A stretch of DNA of 64,000 bases from a bacterium (GTDB lineage Bacteria; Patescibacteriota; Minisyncoccia; Phycocordibacterales; Phycocordibacteraceae). Shown piece by piece: positions 18,216 to 27,653 of this stretch (its first letter is position 1; every line of letters begins with the position of its first letter). The stretch covers positions 20,379 to 84,378 of the forward strand of contig JAJZRL010000001.1 of assembly GCA_021802705.1 (NCBI GenBank). Reading direction: 5' to 3'. A program made the translations under genes and the position numbers. Below the pieces are notes generated by a model that ran no database searches, was not told the DNA's origin, and saw nothing but the letters and a program-made list of their open reading frames with translations.

Positions 18216-20624
18216 TTATTTGCCGACCTGTTTTACGAACGTTTCCGGATTGATGCTGCCTATCTGCGAGGGATCCGGTTCGCCGGCTGGAAACAGCACG
18301 TATACGCCCCGCAGCCAGCCCCCATACTTGACCGGAAATACCCAGGGTCGCCATGAGCCTTTATAAAAAACGGGTTTTTCGGCCTGCACCCAGACGACGG
18401 CATCGTGATGAGTCTTTACGTAATTTTCTGCCGCGACAAATTGAGCGCTATAGTCCTTGCCGTAAGCGAGAAAGGCGCCGGTCGAGTCCTCGAATACATG
18501 TCCGGCTGCAAGATCGATCGACAGGCCGTTTCGATTTGTAAACGAAAGGACCTGTTCCGGCGACAAGGGCGATGTCGCTGCTTTTTCCGAATTCGGTTCC
18601 AAGGACGCGACAGCAGACGGAGCATGCTCGTTTCCCGCCTCATGTTTGGTTATCGGCTCATGACTGCCGGATTTCGCTTCAGAAGATTCTGAATGGGGTT
18701 TTTCGGAAAAAACAGCGGAAGGGATGACCTCTTTCAGACGCCGATGTGGCGGGGAAACATGATGACGCGCGGCTTTAGCCACTGGAGCTCGCGCAACGTG
18801 AGCGGTACCCGTACCGTGCGACGAGATGCTCGGCAACGTCTCAAACGTCGAGGAGAACGTTTGCTCGCGAGTATGCGTACCGGTTGTAAGAGGCGCTCCT
18901 CCTTTGGCAGGCGCTGAGGTCTCCGTATCATGGCCGAGCGTATGTGCGATCCATGCTTCGCTTACGCGCGATGCGCCAAGAAACGAAGCGGTCTCGTACG
19001 CCCCGAGACCGACGATCGCGGCGATGATGATTTTCATTTTCCAGGACACGCCGAACTTGTCCATCTCCTTCTTGAGTTCTTCGTCCCGTTTCAGGAAGTA
19101 TGCCCGGGACGTTTCGGCGCTTTCCGCTGTTCCTCCCGCCAGACGTCCGATAAGCTCGCGCAGAAGACTCTTCGACTCCGCAGGAGTACGCTCCGGGACG
19201 GTGGTCTTATACGCTCCGTTATCGCGAGACGAGTAACTTGATTCCGGCTCTTCTCTCTCCATCCCTCCCGCACGACGCATCATCCAGGCATGCTGCGGAT
19301 CGATTGCCTCGTCAGGATCCGGGACGATCGGCAATTCGCTCTTTACCGGCGCCGGAGAAGCACCGGCAATGATGATGTTTGAGGTCCGGATTGTGCCGCC
19401 TGCCTCTTCTTTCGGTTTCTGCGGGATTTCATCAGAGTGTCCTCTTGCTGCCGCACGCTCCCGGGCAAGGAAGGACTCGATATCCGTTTCGGGAAGCGTA
19501 TCGGACGTCGAGAGGTTCTTTGCGCGCGTATCGAAGAAATCCTGGAATCTTTGATGTACTTCGTCCGGAACGGCGCTGAATTCCATAGGACCGTTCGCGT
19601 CTCTTCGGTACAATGCGTAAAGCTCCCCGAGCGTGGCGCTGCGCTGTTCCTCGAGGGGAGAAGGCGTCCACGGCGCACCTTCTTTCTCCCCCTCATCTTC
19701 GTGCGATGGTTCGGGTGTCAGTTCGTTCGGAGTCTCCTGTTCCCTGCCAAACGTAAACTCGAGCGGTTCGCGTTTCTCGGGACTCTTGCGAGGCGCGGGT
19801 GATTCCAGACGGCGCAGCTCATTCTCGAGCTCGAGAACTTCTTTTTCAAGCTCGTCATGGTCGTGCGGGTAGTCGGCCGGGCTCGCCGCTTCGCGCTCAA
19901 GCGTCGAAAGGCGCTGCCGGATTTCCTGTGCGCGATCCACAGTCGTACTGATTGCGCTCGACTCCTGCTTTATAGATGCGCTTTCTCCCGCTTCAAGAGC
20001 GTGCAGCTTAGCTTCGCGCATTAGGACATCCGATTCGATATCCTTACGGGCGCCGGGTCGTGCGGCTTCCGCTTCAAGATCCCGTATCTCTGCCCGTAGT
20101 TGTCGAATAGCGGTCTCTTTCGGCGAGAGTTCGGTCTCCTTTTCGCTTATCGAGCCTTCGTTCTCGGACACGTGTACGACCTCAGAAGCTTCGCCCGCTG
20201 AGTCCGGAGGGCTTGGCTCTGGGTTCGCCTGCGCGACCGACCCTGGCTCCGGTTCCGATTCCGAATCAAGAGGGTTCGGATTCGGACTCCCAGACGGGAC
20301 GTCTTCGGCAGATTCCGGAGTATCCGGGTTTGTTATTCGCCTGCGCGGCCTCGATGACTTTTCGCTTTCTGGCTTTTTTTTCTCCGCTTCACTGGAAGCG
20401 AGTCTCTCTACATAGCTTTTTTTTGTTTTCGGATTCTTGAGTTTCTCATACATTGCCAAGACCTGCGGGGGGATCTTATCGCCGTAGATCTGCTTCAAAG
20501 GAGACAAAGGGTCCTTCTCCGCCTGCGGCGACTTAGCCTCGGAAGATGCCGGCGATTTCGGAAGGTTCTCCGGCTCGACGGGAATATCTTTCTTTTTCAA
20601 GAACTCCGGAATTCGTTCGACCAT
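18216..20624 (-). CDS. Large (802 aa) single-pass membrane protein: acidic/low-complexity coiled-coil N-terminal region, TM helix, C-terminal globular domain
   Basis: N-terminal 550 aa rich in E/S/P/K with ELEKEVLELENELRRLE coiled coil. TM helix MKIIIAAIVGLGAYETASFLG. C-terminal 180 aa conserved-looking domain. Start is 14 nt after the VirB4-like gene stop. Confidence 0.45.
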   Translation of the reverse strand: MVERIPEFLKKKDIPVEPENLPKSPASSEAKSPQAEKDPLSPLKQIYGDKIPPQVLAMYEKLKNPKTKKSYVERLASSEAEKKKPESEKSSRPRRRITNPDTPESAEDVPSGSPNPNPLDSESEPEPGSVAQANPEPSPPDSAGEASEVVHVSENEGSISEKETELSPKETAIRQLRAEIRDLEAEAARPGARKDIESDVLMREAKLHALEAGESASIKQESSAISTTVDRAQEIRQRLSTLEREAASPADYPHDHDELEKEVLELENELRRLESPAPRKSPEKREPLEFTFGREQETPNELTPEPSHEDEGEKEGAPWTPSPLEEQRSATLGELYALYRRDANGPMEFSAVPDEVHQRFQDFFDTRAKNLSTSDTLPETDIESFLARERAAARGHSDEIPQKPKEEAGGTIRTSNIIIAGASPAPVKSELPIVPDPDEAIDPQHAWMMRRAGGMEREEPESSYSSRDNGAYKTTVPERTPAESKSLLRELIGRLAGGTAESAETSRAYFLKRDEELKKEMDKFGVSWKMKIIIAAIVGLGAYETASFLGASRVSEAWIAHTLGHDTETSAPAKGGAPLTTGTHTREQTFSSTFETLPSISSHGTGTAHVARAPVAKAARHHVSPPHRRLKEVIPSAVFSEKPHSESSEAKSGSHEPITKHEAGNEHAPSAVASLEPNSEKAATSPLSPEQVLSFTNRNGLSIDLAAGHVFEDSTGAFLAYGKDYSAQFVAAENYVKTHHDAVVWVQAEKPVFYKGSWRPWVFPVKYGGWLRGVYVLFPAGEPDPSQIGSINPETFVKQVGK

Positions 20625-20638
20625 ATAGAAATGGATAA

Positions 20639-23416
20639 TCAGCGCGAGAGGTATCGCTCTCGTATCGCATTCTCAATGGTAGCACGGTCCCGTCCGTAGG
20701 TGAGTGCGGAAAGCTGGATAAGATCGGCCATTTGGGCATGGTTTGGCAGCGGCAGGTCCGGCGTATGCAGATCGAACGGTTTTTGCGGCACGCCACTCGC
20801 AAGGATCTTGACGTACGCGTTCCGGTTTTCCAAGTTGACGAAATCCAGAGCCGTAAAAACCGGAGCGAACTGTTTTTCGAAGAATTCGGCATCTTCTTCT
20901 CCGACGCGGAAAATCGCCATACTGCCGACGTTGCCGAAAACGGCGTTCCGCGTCTTCTCATCCACCTGCGCGAGAAACTGGTGCGCCATCGAAAGCGAGA
21001 GCTTGTACTTGCGCGCTTCCGAAAGGATGCCGGGGATCGAATCGGTCGTGATGTTCTGGAATTCATCGATATACAGGTAGAAAGGCGGACGCAACGCGTG
21101 CGGGCTGTCAGCACGCGAAAGCGCCGCCATGAAGAGCTTGCCGACGACGATAAGCCCGATCAGGTTCGCATTCCGTTCTCCGAGACGTCCTTTCGAAAGG
21201 TTAACGAGCAGAATCTTCCTCGTATCCATGACCTCGCGAAACTTAAACGAAGATTCCTGCTGTCCGACGATGGGGCGTATGAAATCGTTCGCGGTGAAAT
21301 CGTCGAATTTGTTCGTGATGTACGGCACGATGTTCTCAAGCGCCGCTTCGCCGCCGGCCTTTGTCGCAATCTCGTTCCAGAACTGATTGACGACGGGATT
21401 CATGCTTTTCGCGAGTTTTGCCCGCCTGAACTCGGCGCTCGAAAGGACGCGCGCGATATCGAGTATGGTCGAATCGCTGCTCGGGTCTTCCATCACGAGC
21501 AGCGTCGCGTTCCGGAAATACTGTTCGAACGCCGGCCCCATGCTCTCGGGCACGTCGCCATAGAGGCGGCGGAAGATCATGAGAAGCTCGTTGACGATGA
21601 ACGTCTTCTGTTCGGGCCGTGAAAGGTCGTACTCGAGGAAGTTGAGACCGAAGGGCCTGGAAAGATCCGCCGGATCGAAATAAATAACATCTCCGTATCG
21701 CTCCGGCGGCACGCTTGCGAGGATGTCGAGAATATCGGAACCGTGCGGGTCGATGAAACAGCAGCCTTCGCCGTTCCTGATATCCTGGATGATCATCGAC
21801 TTCATGAGACCGGTCTTACCGGTACCGGTCTGTCCGATGACATAGAGATGCCGCAGGCGATCCTCCGCACTCAGATAGACGCGCGTCTCGTGCCCCCGGT
21901 ACGTATTGATACCGAGAAGCGTGCCCGCCTGAGGAAGAGTGAGCGGTGCGGGAGCGTGCGTAAAACGTGCTTGTTTCAGATGCGGCGAGGAGCCGGTGTC
22001 GAACGTCGGGAAATGATAGACGGTCGTCAGTTCGTGCAGCGAAAGGGGAATCGCGGAAGGAGCCGGGAGCCGGAAAGAGAAATTGTCGAGAATATCCTGC
22101 GTGCGCCGGTCTCTTACGCGGGTGAACGAGAGCTTGTTCCCTTGCGTATTCGAAAACTGGTTAAACGCGGCTTCAAGTTCTCCGAGAATCTGTTCGGCTC
22201 TTCCCTTTTCCTGCGCTGAGACGACGAGACGCATCGTCGTGTCGACGATGGGTGAGGCGATTTTTTTCTCGATCTGTTCGATATGGGCCTTGTTCGCTTC
22301 GATCTGGCGGGTTTCCGCTTCTTTCTCTTTCTCTTCGTCTTTCGGCTTGTCCGAGAAGAGCGTCCGGCCGATATCACGAGCTACTTCTCCGAAGATGGTC
22401 TCCGGAGTGGCAAACGCCGCATTACTCTTCTCGCCCTTACGGAGCGCCTGGAGGATTTTCCGGTAATGCTTCACGTACCGGTCGCCTCGCGGCTCGACGA
22501 TAATCTGGAGCGCGACGCCTTCGCCTTCGTGCTTCACGTTGGCAAAGGCGTTGGTAACCGCATTGATCGGGTCATGATCGAAGTCGGCGTAATCTTTGAG
22601 AGGCAGTGCGGGATGCTCGGTGAATGCGGCGACAGACACGACAGAAGCGCCGCTGGAAACGAAGATGTTGTAATCCCTCGGTTGCGGCGTCACATGGGCG
22701 TCCGGGAAAACGGCAAGGAGCTGCTTTTCGAAAAGGTCGCGTTTCCCGTTCGGTACGGCGGCGTAAAATTGGAGTTCAGGGCTGTCCGAAGGTATGGCAA
22801 GCTCAAGCGCGTAATACGAAGGTTCGCCGGGCAGGGCATCGCCGACGGAAAGGAGTCCCGCATAAAACTGCTCCATCGCGGAAATGAGCTCTTTAAGCGG
22901 TCTTGTCTGCTTGTCCGGCCCGCCGTTTCTCGAGCCGGGGAGCGCGATCTCGTAGAGCGTCATGCGGAGCGCCCGAAAACGCGGCGCGCGCTCATCGCCG
23001 GAGGAAAGCGGCAATCCTGCAGCCACATAACGCACGAGATATCGGTGAAAATCGTCTGTAAGGTGCGGATCGTGGAGTTTTTCCAATACGGCAAGCGCAT
23101 TCTTGATGCCTCGTTCTTCGATCGTCCGCTGCAAGCTCTCGATCGCCTGCGTGTCGCTGCCAAGATTAAGTTCGGCAAGTATGCTCGAAGCGGCCGATTC
23201 GACCGCCGCCTCGTTCATACGGTATGCCGGTGCAAGCATCTCCTCGGCAGGTCTTGCATGGTGCGCGTGGATTTGTTCGGAAATGATCGCCGGACGCTCG
23301 ATCGCTGCGTCAGGCCGGACGCTCTGTGCCCGGACCTCCGCTTCCTTGCGAGCCACTTGCTCGCGCAGATATGCAAGCTCTTCTTCCGGCGTGGATAATG
23401 TAGGTAACGATTCCAT
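20639..23416 (-). CDS. VirB4/TraC-like type IV secretion (conjugation-type) P-loop ATPase
   Basis: Walker A VIGQTGTGKTGLMKS. Walker B/DEAW-like FYLYIDEFQN. AHQ motif. About 500-aa N-terminal non-ATPase domain as in VirB4/TraC (AAA_10). Confidence 0.55.
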   Translation of the reverse strand: MESLPTLSTPEEELAYLREQVARKEAEVRAQSVRPDAAIERPAIISEQIHAHHARPAEEMLAPAYRMNEAAVESAASSILAELNLGSDTQAIESLQRTIEERGIKNALAVLEKLHDPHLTDDFHRYLVRYVAAGLPLSSGDERAPRFRALRMTLYEIALPGSRNGGPDKQTRPLKELISAMEQFYAGLLSVGDALPGEPSYYALELAIPSDSPELQFYAAVPNGKRDLFEKQLLAVFPDAHVTPQPRDYNIFVSSGASVVSVAAFTEHPALPLKDYADFDHDPINAVTNAFANVKHEGEGVALQIIVEPRGDRYVKHYRKILQALRKGEKSNAAFATPETIFGEVARDIGRTLFSDKPKDEEKEKEAETRQIEANKAHIEQIEKKIASPIVDTTMRLVVSAQEKGRAEQILGELEAAFNQFSNTQGNKLSFTRVRDRRTQDILDNFSFRLPAPSAIPLSLHELTTVYHFPTFDTGSSPHLKQARFTHAPAPLTLPQAGTLLGINTYRGHETRVYLSAEDRLRHLYVIGQTGTGKTGLMKSMIIQDIRNGEGCCFIDPHGSDILDILASVPPERYGDVIYFDPADLSRPFGLNFLEYDLSRPEQKTFIVNELLMIFRRLYGDVPESMGPAFEQYFRNATLLVMEDPSSDSTILDIARVLSSAEFRRAKLAKSMNPVVNQFWNEIATKAGGEAALENIVPYITNKFDDFTANDFIRPIVGQQESSFKFREVMDTRKILLVNLSKGRLGERNANLIGLIVVGKLFMAALSRADSPHALRPPFYLYIDEFQNITTDSIPGILSEARKYKLSLSMAHQFLAQVDEKTRNAVFGNVGSMAIFRVGEEDAEFFEKQFAPVFTALDFVNLENRNAYVKILASGVPQKPFDLHTPDLPLPNHAQMADLIQLSALTYGRDRATIENAIRERYLSR

Positions 23417-23442
23417 CGGTACGCATAGTATACTGCACGTGA

Positions 23443-24072
23443 ATGCTTGATTTCTTTACCGCTTGTATACATCTCGACCCGATCGGCATCATCAAAGCCG
23501 GCGGATACCTCGGGCTTGCGGTGCTCGTCTTTGCCGAGAGCGGTCTTCTCGTCGGTATCTTCTTGCCCGGCGATTCGCTGCTCTTCGTCGCGGGTCTTCT
23601 TGCCGCCGGCGGTTTTCTCGAGCCATTGTCGCTCACCTTCATCGTCGTCGGCGCGGCGATACTCGGCGATTCGGTCGGCTACTGGTTCGGCACGCGTATC
23701 GGCAGCGCTCTCTTTACCCGCAAGGATTCCCGATTCTTCAAGCAAGCGTACGTCGCGCGAACGCAGGGCTTTTTCGAAACTTACGGCGGACGAGCGATCA
23801 TCCTCGCACGCTTCGTGCCGATCGTACGCACGATCGCGCCGATCCTCGCGGGAGTCGGTTCCATGCGCTACACGCGCTTTCTCTCGTACAATGCGCTCGG
23901 AGGAGTCCTTTGGGGAGCGGGAGTGATCCTGCTCGGGTATTCGCTCGGATCGGTAATCCCGAATAGCGACAAATACGTACTCCCTATCTCGCTTGGCATC
24001 ATCATCCTTTCTTTCTCGCCCCTCCTCCTGAACCTCGTGCGCGGCAAAAGCAAAAGATTGACACGGCAGTAA
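23443..24072 (+). CDS. DedA/VTT-domain family membrane protein
   Basis: GYLGLAVLVFAESGLLVGIFLPGDSLLFVAGLLAA...ARFVPIVRTIAPILAGVGSMRY conserved DedA pattern. Confidence 0.8.
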   Translation: MLDFFTACIHLDPIGIIKAGGYLGLAVLVFAESGLLVGIFLPGDSLLFVAGLLAAGGFLEPLSLTFIVVGAAILGDSVGYWFGTRIGSALFTRKDSRFFKQAYVARTQGFFETYGGRAIILARFVPIVRTIAPILAGVGSMRYTRFLSYNALGGVLWGAGVILLGYSLGSVIPNSDKYVLPISLGIIILSFSPLLLNLVRGKSKRLTRQ

Positions 24073-24157
24073 TAAGTATTAAAGTTTCTCGCGGCTGTCA
24101 GAGAGGCGTCATGCCTCTCCTTTTCTGTCCCAAACCGCATGAACCAAGGAGACCGCT

Positions 24158-24538
24158 ATGGACACCGAAGCGCAACTTGCTGCAACCCTTAAAGATGCTG
24201 CAATCTCGTATCGCAACAAAACGCTCGTCCCGGAGATCGTTCCCCGACTCTACGGACAACTGATGACGGAACCCGTCATCCTCCAGGTCGTCGAGCCTTT
24301 CGTGGCTCAAAGCAGCGAACACCTTCCTCCCGATACTCGTGAGTTGGTAGAAACAAAGCTGAAGTCATACGCATCAAAAGCTCTGAATCTTATGAGCGAT
24401 TATCCGAACGTGCACCAGGCGAATGGCACGAGCTTCTTAACGCAGGATAACGCGGATGCGCTGCTCACGCTCTTCGTAAACGAAGTCTATGCGCACTTTG
24501 CTCCGGACCCGCTCCTGAACTCCCGCGACCTTTCCTGA
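24158..24538 (+). CDS. Hypothetical protein (126 aa)
   Basis: AAGGAG SD upstream. Followed directly by a hairpin terminator. Confidence 0.4.
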   Translation: MDTEAQLAATLKDAAISYRNKTLVPEIVPRLYGQLMTEPVILQVVEPFVAQSSEHLPPDTRELVETKLKSYASKALNLMSDYPNVHQANGTSFLTQDNADALLTLFVNEVYAHFAPDPLLNSRDLS

Positions 24539-24554
24539 ATGTTCCTCTGAAGAA

Positions 24555-24592
24555 ACCCGCCTCTGCAGCTTCCCTGCGAGGCGGTTTTTTAT
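24555..24592. terminator. Bidirectional rho-independent terminator between convergent genes
   Basis: CCCGCCTC-N14-GAGGCGG stem. T6 run on plus, A-run (T-run on minus) 5' of it. Confidence 0.55.
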
Positions 24593-24610
24593 TATCGAAA
24601 GGAACGCGTA

Positions 24611-26119
24611 TCAGCGGCTCCAGAGATGGAAGACCCAGTTTATGACGGAGAGCACGAGGCCGAAGAGGAGCGCCGTCCAGAATCCCGCGACAGAAAATCC
24701 GGGGACGAGAGCGGCAGCAAGCATGATGAGGAGCGCGTTGATGACAAGCGAAAAGAGGCCGAGCGTAAGAATCGTAATGGGAAGCGCGAGGAGAAGGAGG
24801 GCGGGCCGGATGAAGAGATTGAGCGCGCCCAAGACGATCGCAGCGATAAACGCACCGGTGAGCGTTATGGTCACGCCGGGGACGATATACGCCGCCACGC
24901 CGATCGCGAGCGCGGCGACAAGCCAGTGGGAGAAAAGCTTCATACGAGAGAGTGTAGCAAGAAACGGGAATCTTGCATTGCCGCCGCCTTCCTCAAGCTC
25001 GGGCTCGCGTCCCTCCGCTGAAGGGAATCCCGTGAGGAAGAATATCGCCGCGATCGTCGAAAGAGGGACCGCAAGCACGATACCGAGCGACCCGACGATA
25101 GCCCGCGCGATCTCCGTCGCGAACATCTCGCGGTTTATCGTCTCCAGAAACGTCTCGCCCCCGTAAGACTGGAAAAGCAGAAGGAGCGGGAGCGCGGCGC
25201 CGACATAGGCGATTGCGAGCGTATTGACGAGCGCGCCGATATGCTCCCGGCCCATACGCATCGCCCGCGCGAAAAGCTGGTACGGAGACACGTGCGGCGA
25301 AGCCCGCAGGAGCTCTTCCACCGCGACGGCCTGCCCTATCGCCGCGTCGTACAGGATCCCGAGCGCGCCGATAAGCATCGCGCCGAGAAGAAGGCCGATG
25401 AAATCAAAATGTCCGTGCATGGCAAAACTGAGATCGACGGTGTTTTCGTCGGAGATACCCGAAAGCTGCAGCGCGCCTATCACCGCATGCGCGATGAATG
25501 TCGTAACGACAACCGTCGCGATAAGCCCGAGAACGGCGGCGCTCGTCGTACGGTTTATGCCATGCGTGAGGAAAGATCCGAAAATGACGATAAGGGAAGA
25601 GACGCCGAAAGCGACCAGGAACGGATTGTATCCGGCCACGATACCGGGAAGGAGCACATAGAACACGAGCATGATGCTCGCGGAAAGGGCGAGGAGCCCC
25701 CGCAGCCCGGTCCAACCGCCGATAAGGATGACGGCAAGAACGAATAAGCCGAGCAGCATCCCGAGCGCATTCAGACGGTCAGGCTCAAGCATGACGTAGC
25801 GGTCGGCTCCCGCGCTTCCGCTGCGGGTCAGGAAGAACGTGTCACCGGGGCGCAGCGGAGAACGATCGTTCTCCACCGTCACGGTCTTTCCTTCATCGCT
25901 TCCGGAGAGGACGAGCGCCGAAAGCATCTGGTACGTCGCCGAATTGTCGGTACCGGGTATATTCCTGATCTGCGTGCTCTCGACGGAAAGCACGCGCGCT
26001 TTCTCGACAGAGACGGATGATTCGCTCGAAGTCGCCGTCGCCGGTGCGGAAGCTTGCGCGTGCGTAACGGTTACGGGAAGCGCGAGGAGAAAAAGCGGAA
26101 TGACGAGGATACGGAACAT
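24611..26119 (-). CDS. YibE/F-like polytopic membrane protein fused to a C-terminal DUF360/phage-holin-4-like four-helix module
   Basis: Signal peptide, about 100-aa exported segment, then 6+ TM helices resembling the YibE/F family. The last 120 aa (IVPGVTITLTGAFIAAIVLGALNLFIRPALLLLALPITILTLGLFSLVINAL...) resemble the DUF360/holin superfamily IV. Confidence 0.4.
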   Translation of the reverse strand: MFRILVIPLFLLALPVTVTHAQASAPATATSSESSVSVEKARVLSVESTQIRNIPGTDNSATYQMLSALVLSGSDEGKTVTVENDRSPLRPGDTFFLTRSGSAGADRYVMLEPDRLNALGMLLGLFVLAVILIGGWTGLRGLLALSASIMLVFYVLLPGIVAGYNPFLVAFGVSSLIVIFGSFLTHGINRTTSAAVLGLIATVVVTTFIAHAVIGALQLSGISDENTVDLSFAMHGHFDFIGLLLGAMLIGALGILYDAAIGQAVAVEELLRASPHVSPYQLFARAMRMGREHIGALVNTLAIAYVGAALPLLLLFQSYGGETFLETINREMFATEIARAIVGSLGIVLAVPLSTIAAIFFLTGFPSAEGREPELEEGGGNARFPFLATLSRMKLFSHWLVAALAIGVAAYIVPGVTITLTGAFIAAIVLGALNLFIRPALLLLALPITILTLGLFSLVINALLIMLAAALVPGFSVAGFWTALLFGLVLSVINWVFHLWSR

Positions 26120-26137
26120 AAGGAAAGCCGGGCGGGA

Positions 26138-26857
26138 TTATCCGGCAAGATGCACGACAACATAGAGAAGCAGCGCGCCAAGGAGCGTCATGACGGTCGT
26201 AAGGGCTCGCGGATGCCGGTGGTGGCTTTCGGGAATAAGGTCGCTCGACGAGAGATAGAGGAAGGTGCCGACGAAAACCGCAAGCACGAGGCCGATGAGC
26301 GAATCGGGAATGCGGAAAAGGAGCGTCGAAGCGACGCCGGCAACCGGCGCGAAAGCGTCAACCAGAAGCCAGTGAAAAGCTTTTTTCCGCGTGCCTCCGT
26401 TGCGCAGCACGAGACTCACCGTGTTGATGCCGTCGGAAAAATCATGCGTCAGTACCGCAGCCGTGATGACAACCCCGAGCGCTACGGAAGCCTGGAATCC
26501 TATCCCGATAGCAACGCCGTCAAGGAAGCTATGCGCCGAGAGCGTAAGCGCGCCGAATGAGCCCCGGGAATCGTTCACGATTCCTTCGTCCTCCTCGTGC
26601 GTGTGCAAGAGTATGAGCCGATCGAGGATGAGATACCCGAAAAGCCCGAACGCGACAAAGAGAGCTACGGTCGAAGCGCTGTGATACGGCGTGCCGAACC
26701 GTATCGCTTCGGGAAGAAGGTCGAAGAGCGCGACGCCCGCGACAGCACCGGCAGAAAAGCCGAGGATAAGATGCAGCTTGTCGCGGAAACGGAGCGCGAA
26801 CGATCCGCCGATGAGCGTAGCAAGCGCTGTCGAAGCGGCGATCAGGAGGAGAATCAT
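26138..26857 (-). CDS. ZIP-family divalent metal (zinc) transporter
   Basis: HSFLDGVAIGIGF...LTHDFSDG...HWLLVDAFAPVAG conserved ZIP/ZupT motifs. 8 TM. Confidence 0.8.
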   Translation of the reverse strand: MILLLIAASTALATLIGGSFALRFRDKLHLILGFSAGAVAGVALFDLLPEAIRFGTPYHSASTVALFVAFGLFGYLILDRLILLHTHEEDEGIVNDSRGSFGALTLSAHSFLDGVAIGIGFQASVALGVVITAAVLTHDFSDGINTVSLVLRNGGTRKKAFHWLLVDAFAPVAGVASTLLFRIPDSLIGLVLAVFVGTFLYLSSSDLIPESHHRHPRALTTVMTLLGALLLYVVVHLAG

Positions 26858-26882
26858 ACCGCAGAGAGCCCGTATTTAGGCT

Positions 26883-27587
26883 TTATTTTGCCAACTCCGT
26901 GTCGATTGCCGCCTTGAAGTTCGCGTAAGGGTATGCGCCCTGGATGAGCTGTGTGCCGATGATGAAGGAAGGCGTCGCATTGATGCCGAATTTCTGCGCT
27001 TCGGTCCGGTCGGCATCGATTGCCGTGTCATACGCAGCTTTGTTGGCCGCGACAGTCTCTTTCACCTTGTTTACGTCGATACCGGAAACCGATCCCGTCA
27101 CCTTCAAGAGCCACGCGAGGTTCGCGCTCGCGTCGAGGCTGTTCTCTTGCGGCTGCTCGGCATAAAACGCGGTGCGCCAGGCGAAGAACTTGTCAGGATA
27201 GAGCGCCCATATCGCACGGGCGTACTCGGCATCGACCATAGAGTTCGGGCCAAGGAACTCGAAATCCTTGAAGACGACTTTGACTTTTCCGGCGTTCACA
27301 TAATCCTGGATGATCTGCGGCAGTGTCGTGACTTCGAACTGCTTGCAGAAAGGACACTGGTAATCCGACCACTCGACGAGCGTAACCGGCGCGTTCTGAT
27401 TTCCGATATAAGGCTCTCCGTCGAGAGATACGTCTTTGACGTTTACCGCCTGTCCCGTCCCCGCGCTCGGTGCCGCTGGTGCAGCGGGGTGCGACCCGTT
27501 CCAAAAAACCGCGCCCGCGATAAAAAGGCCCGCAAGCACCACCGCTGCCGGCAAAAGCAGCTTATTGCTCATCTCATTGGTATTCAT
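26883..27587 (-). CDS. DsbA-like thiol:disulfide oxidoreductase
   Basis: Signal/TM anchor + CPFC active site (EWSDYQCPFCKQF). Thioredoxin fold. Confidence 0.75.
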   Translation of the reverse strand: MNTNEMSNKLLLPAAVVLAGLFIAGAVFWNGSHPAAPAAPSAGTGQAVNVKDVSLDGEPYIGNQNAPVTLVEWSDYQCPFCKQFEVTTLPQIIQDYVNAGKVKVVFKDFEFLGPNSMVDAEYARAIWALYPDKFFAWRTAFYAEQPQENSLDASANLAWLLKVTGSVSGIDVNKVKETVAANKAAYDTAIDADRTEAQKFGINATPSFIIGTQLIQGAYPYANFKAAIDTELAK

Positions 27588-27653
27588 ATGCTTACCATGC
27601 TACCACACGCCGTTTTCCCCTGCTATCCGACTTAATAACAGGCTATGCGGACT

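Noticed and set aside
20732-23398. Long plus-strand ORFs (20732..21622, 21743..22219, 22283..23398) and minus ORF 20533..21114
   Set aside because: Antisense or out-of-frame to the VirB4-like ATPase. No domain signatures.
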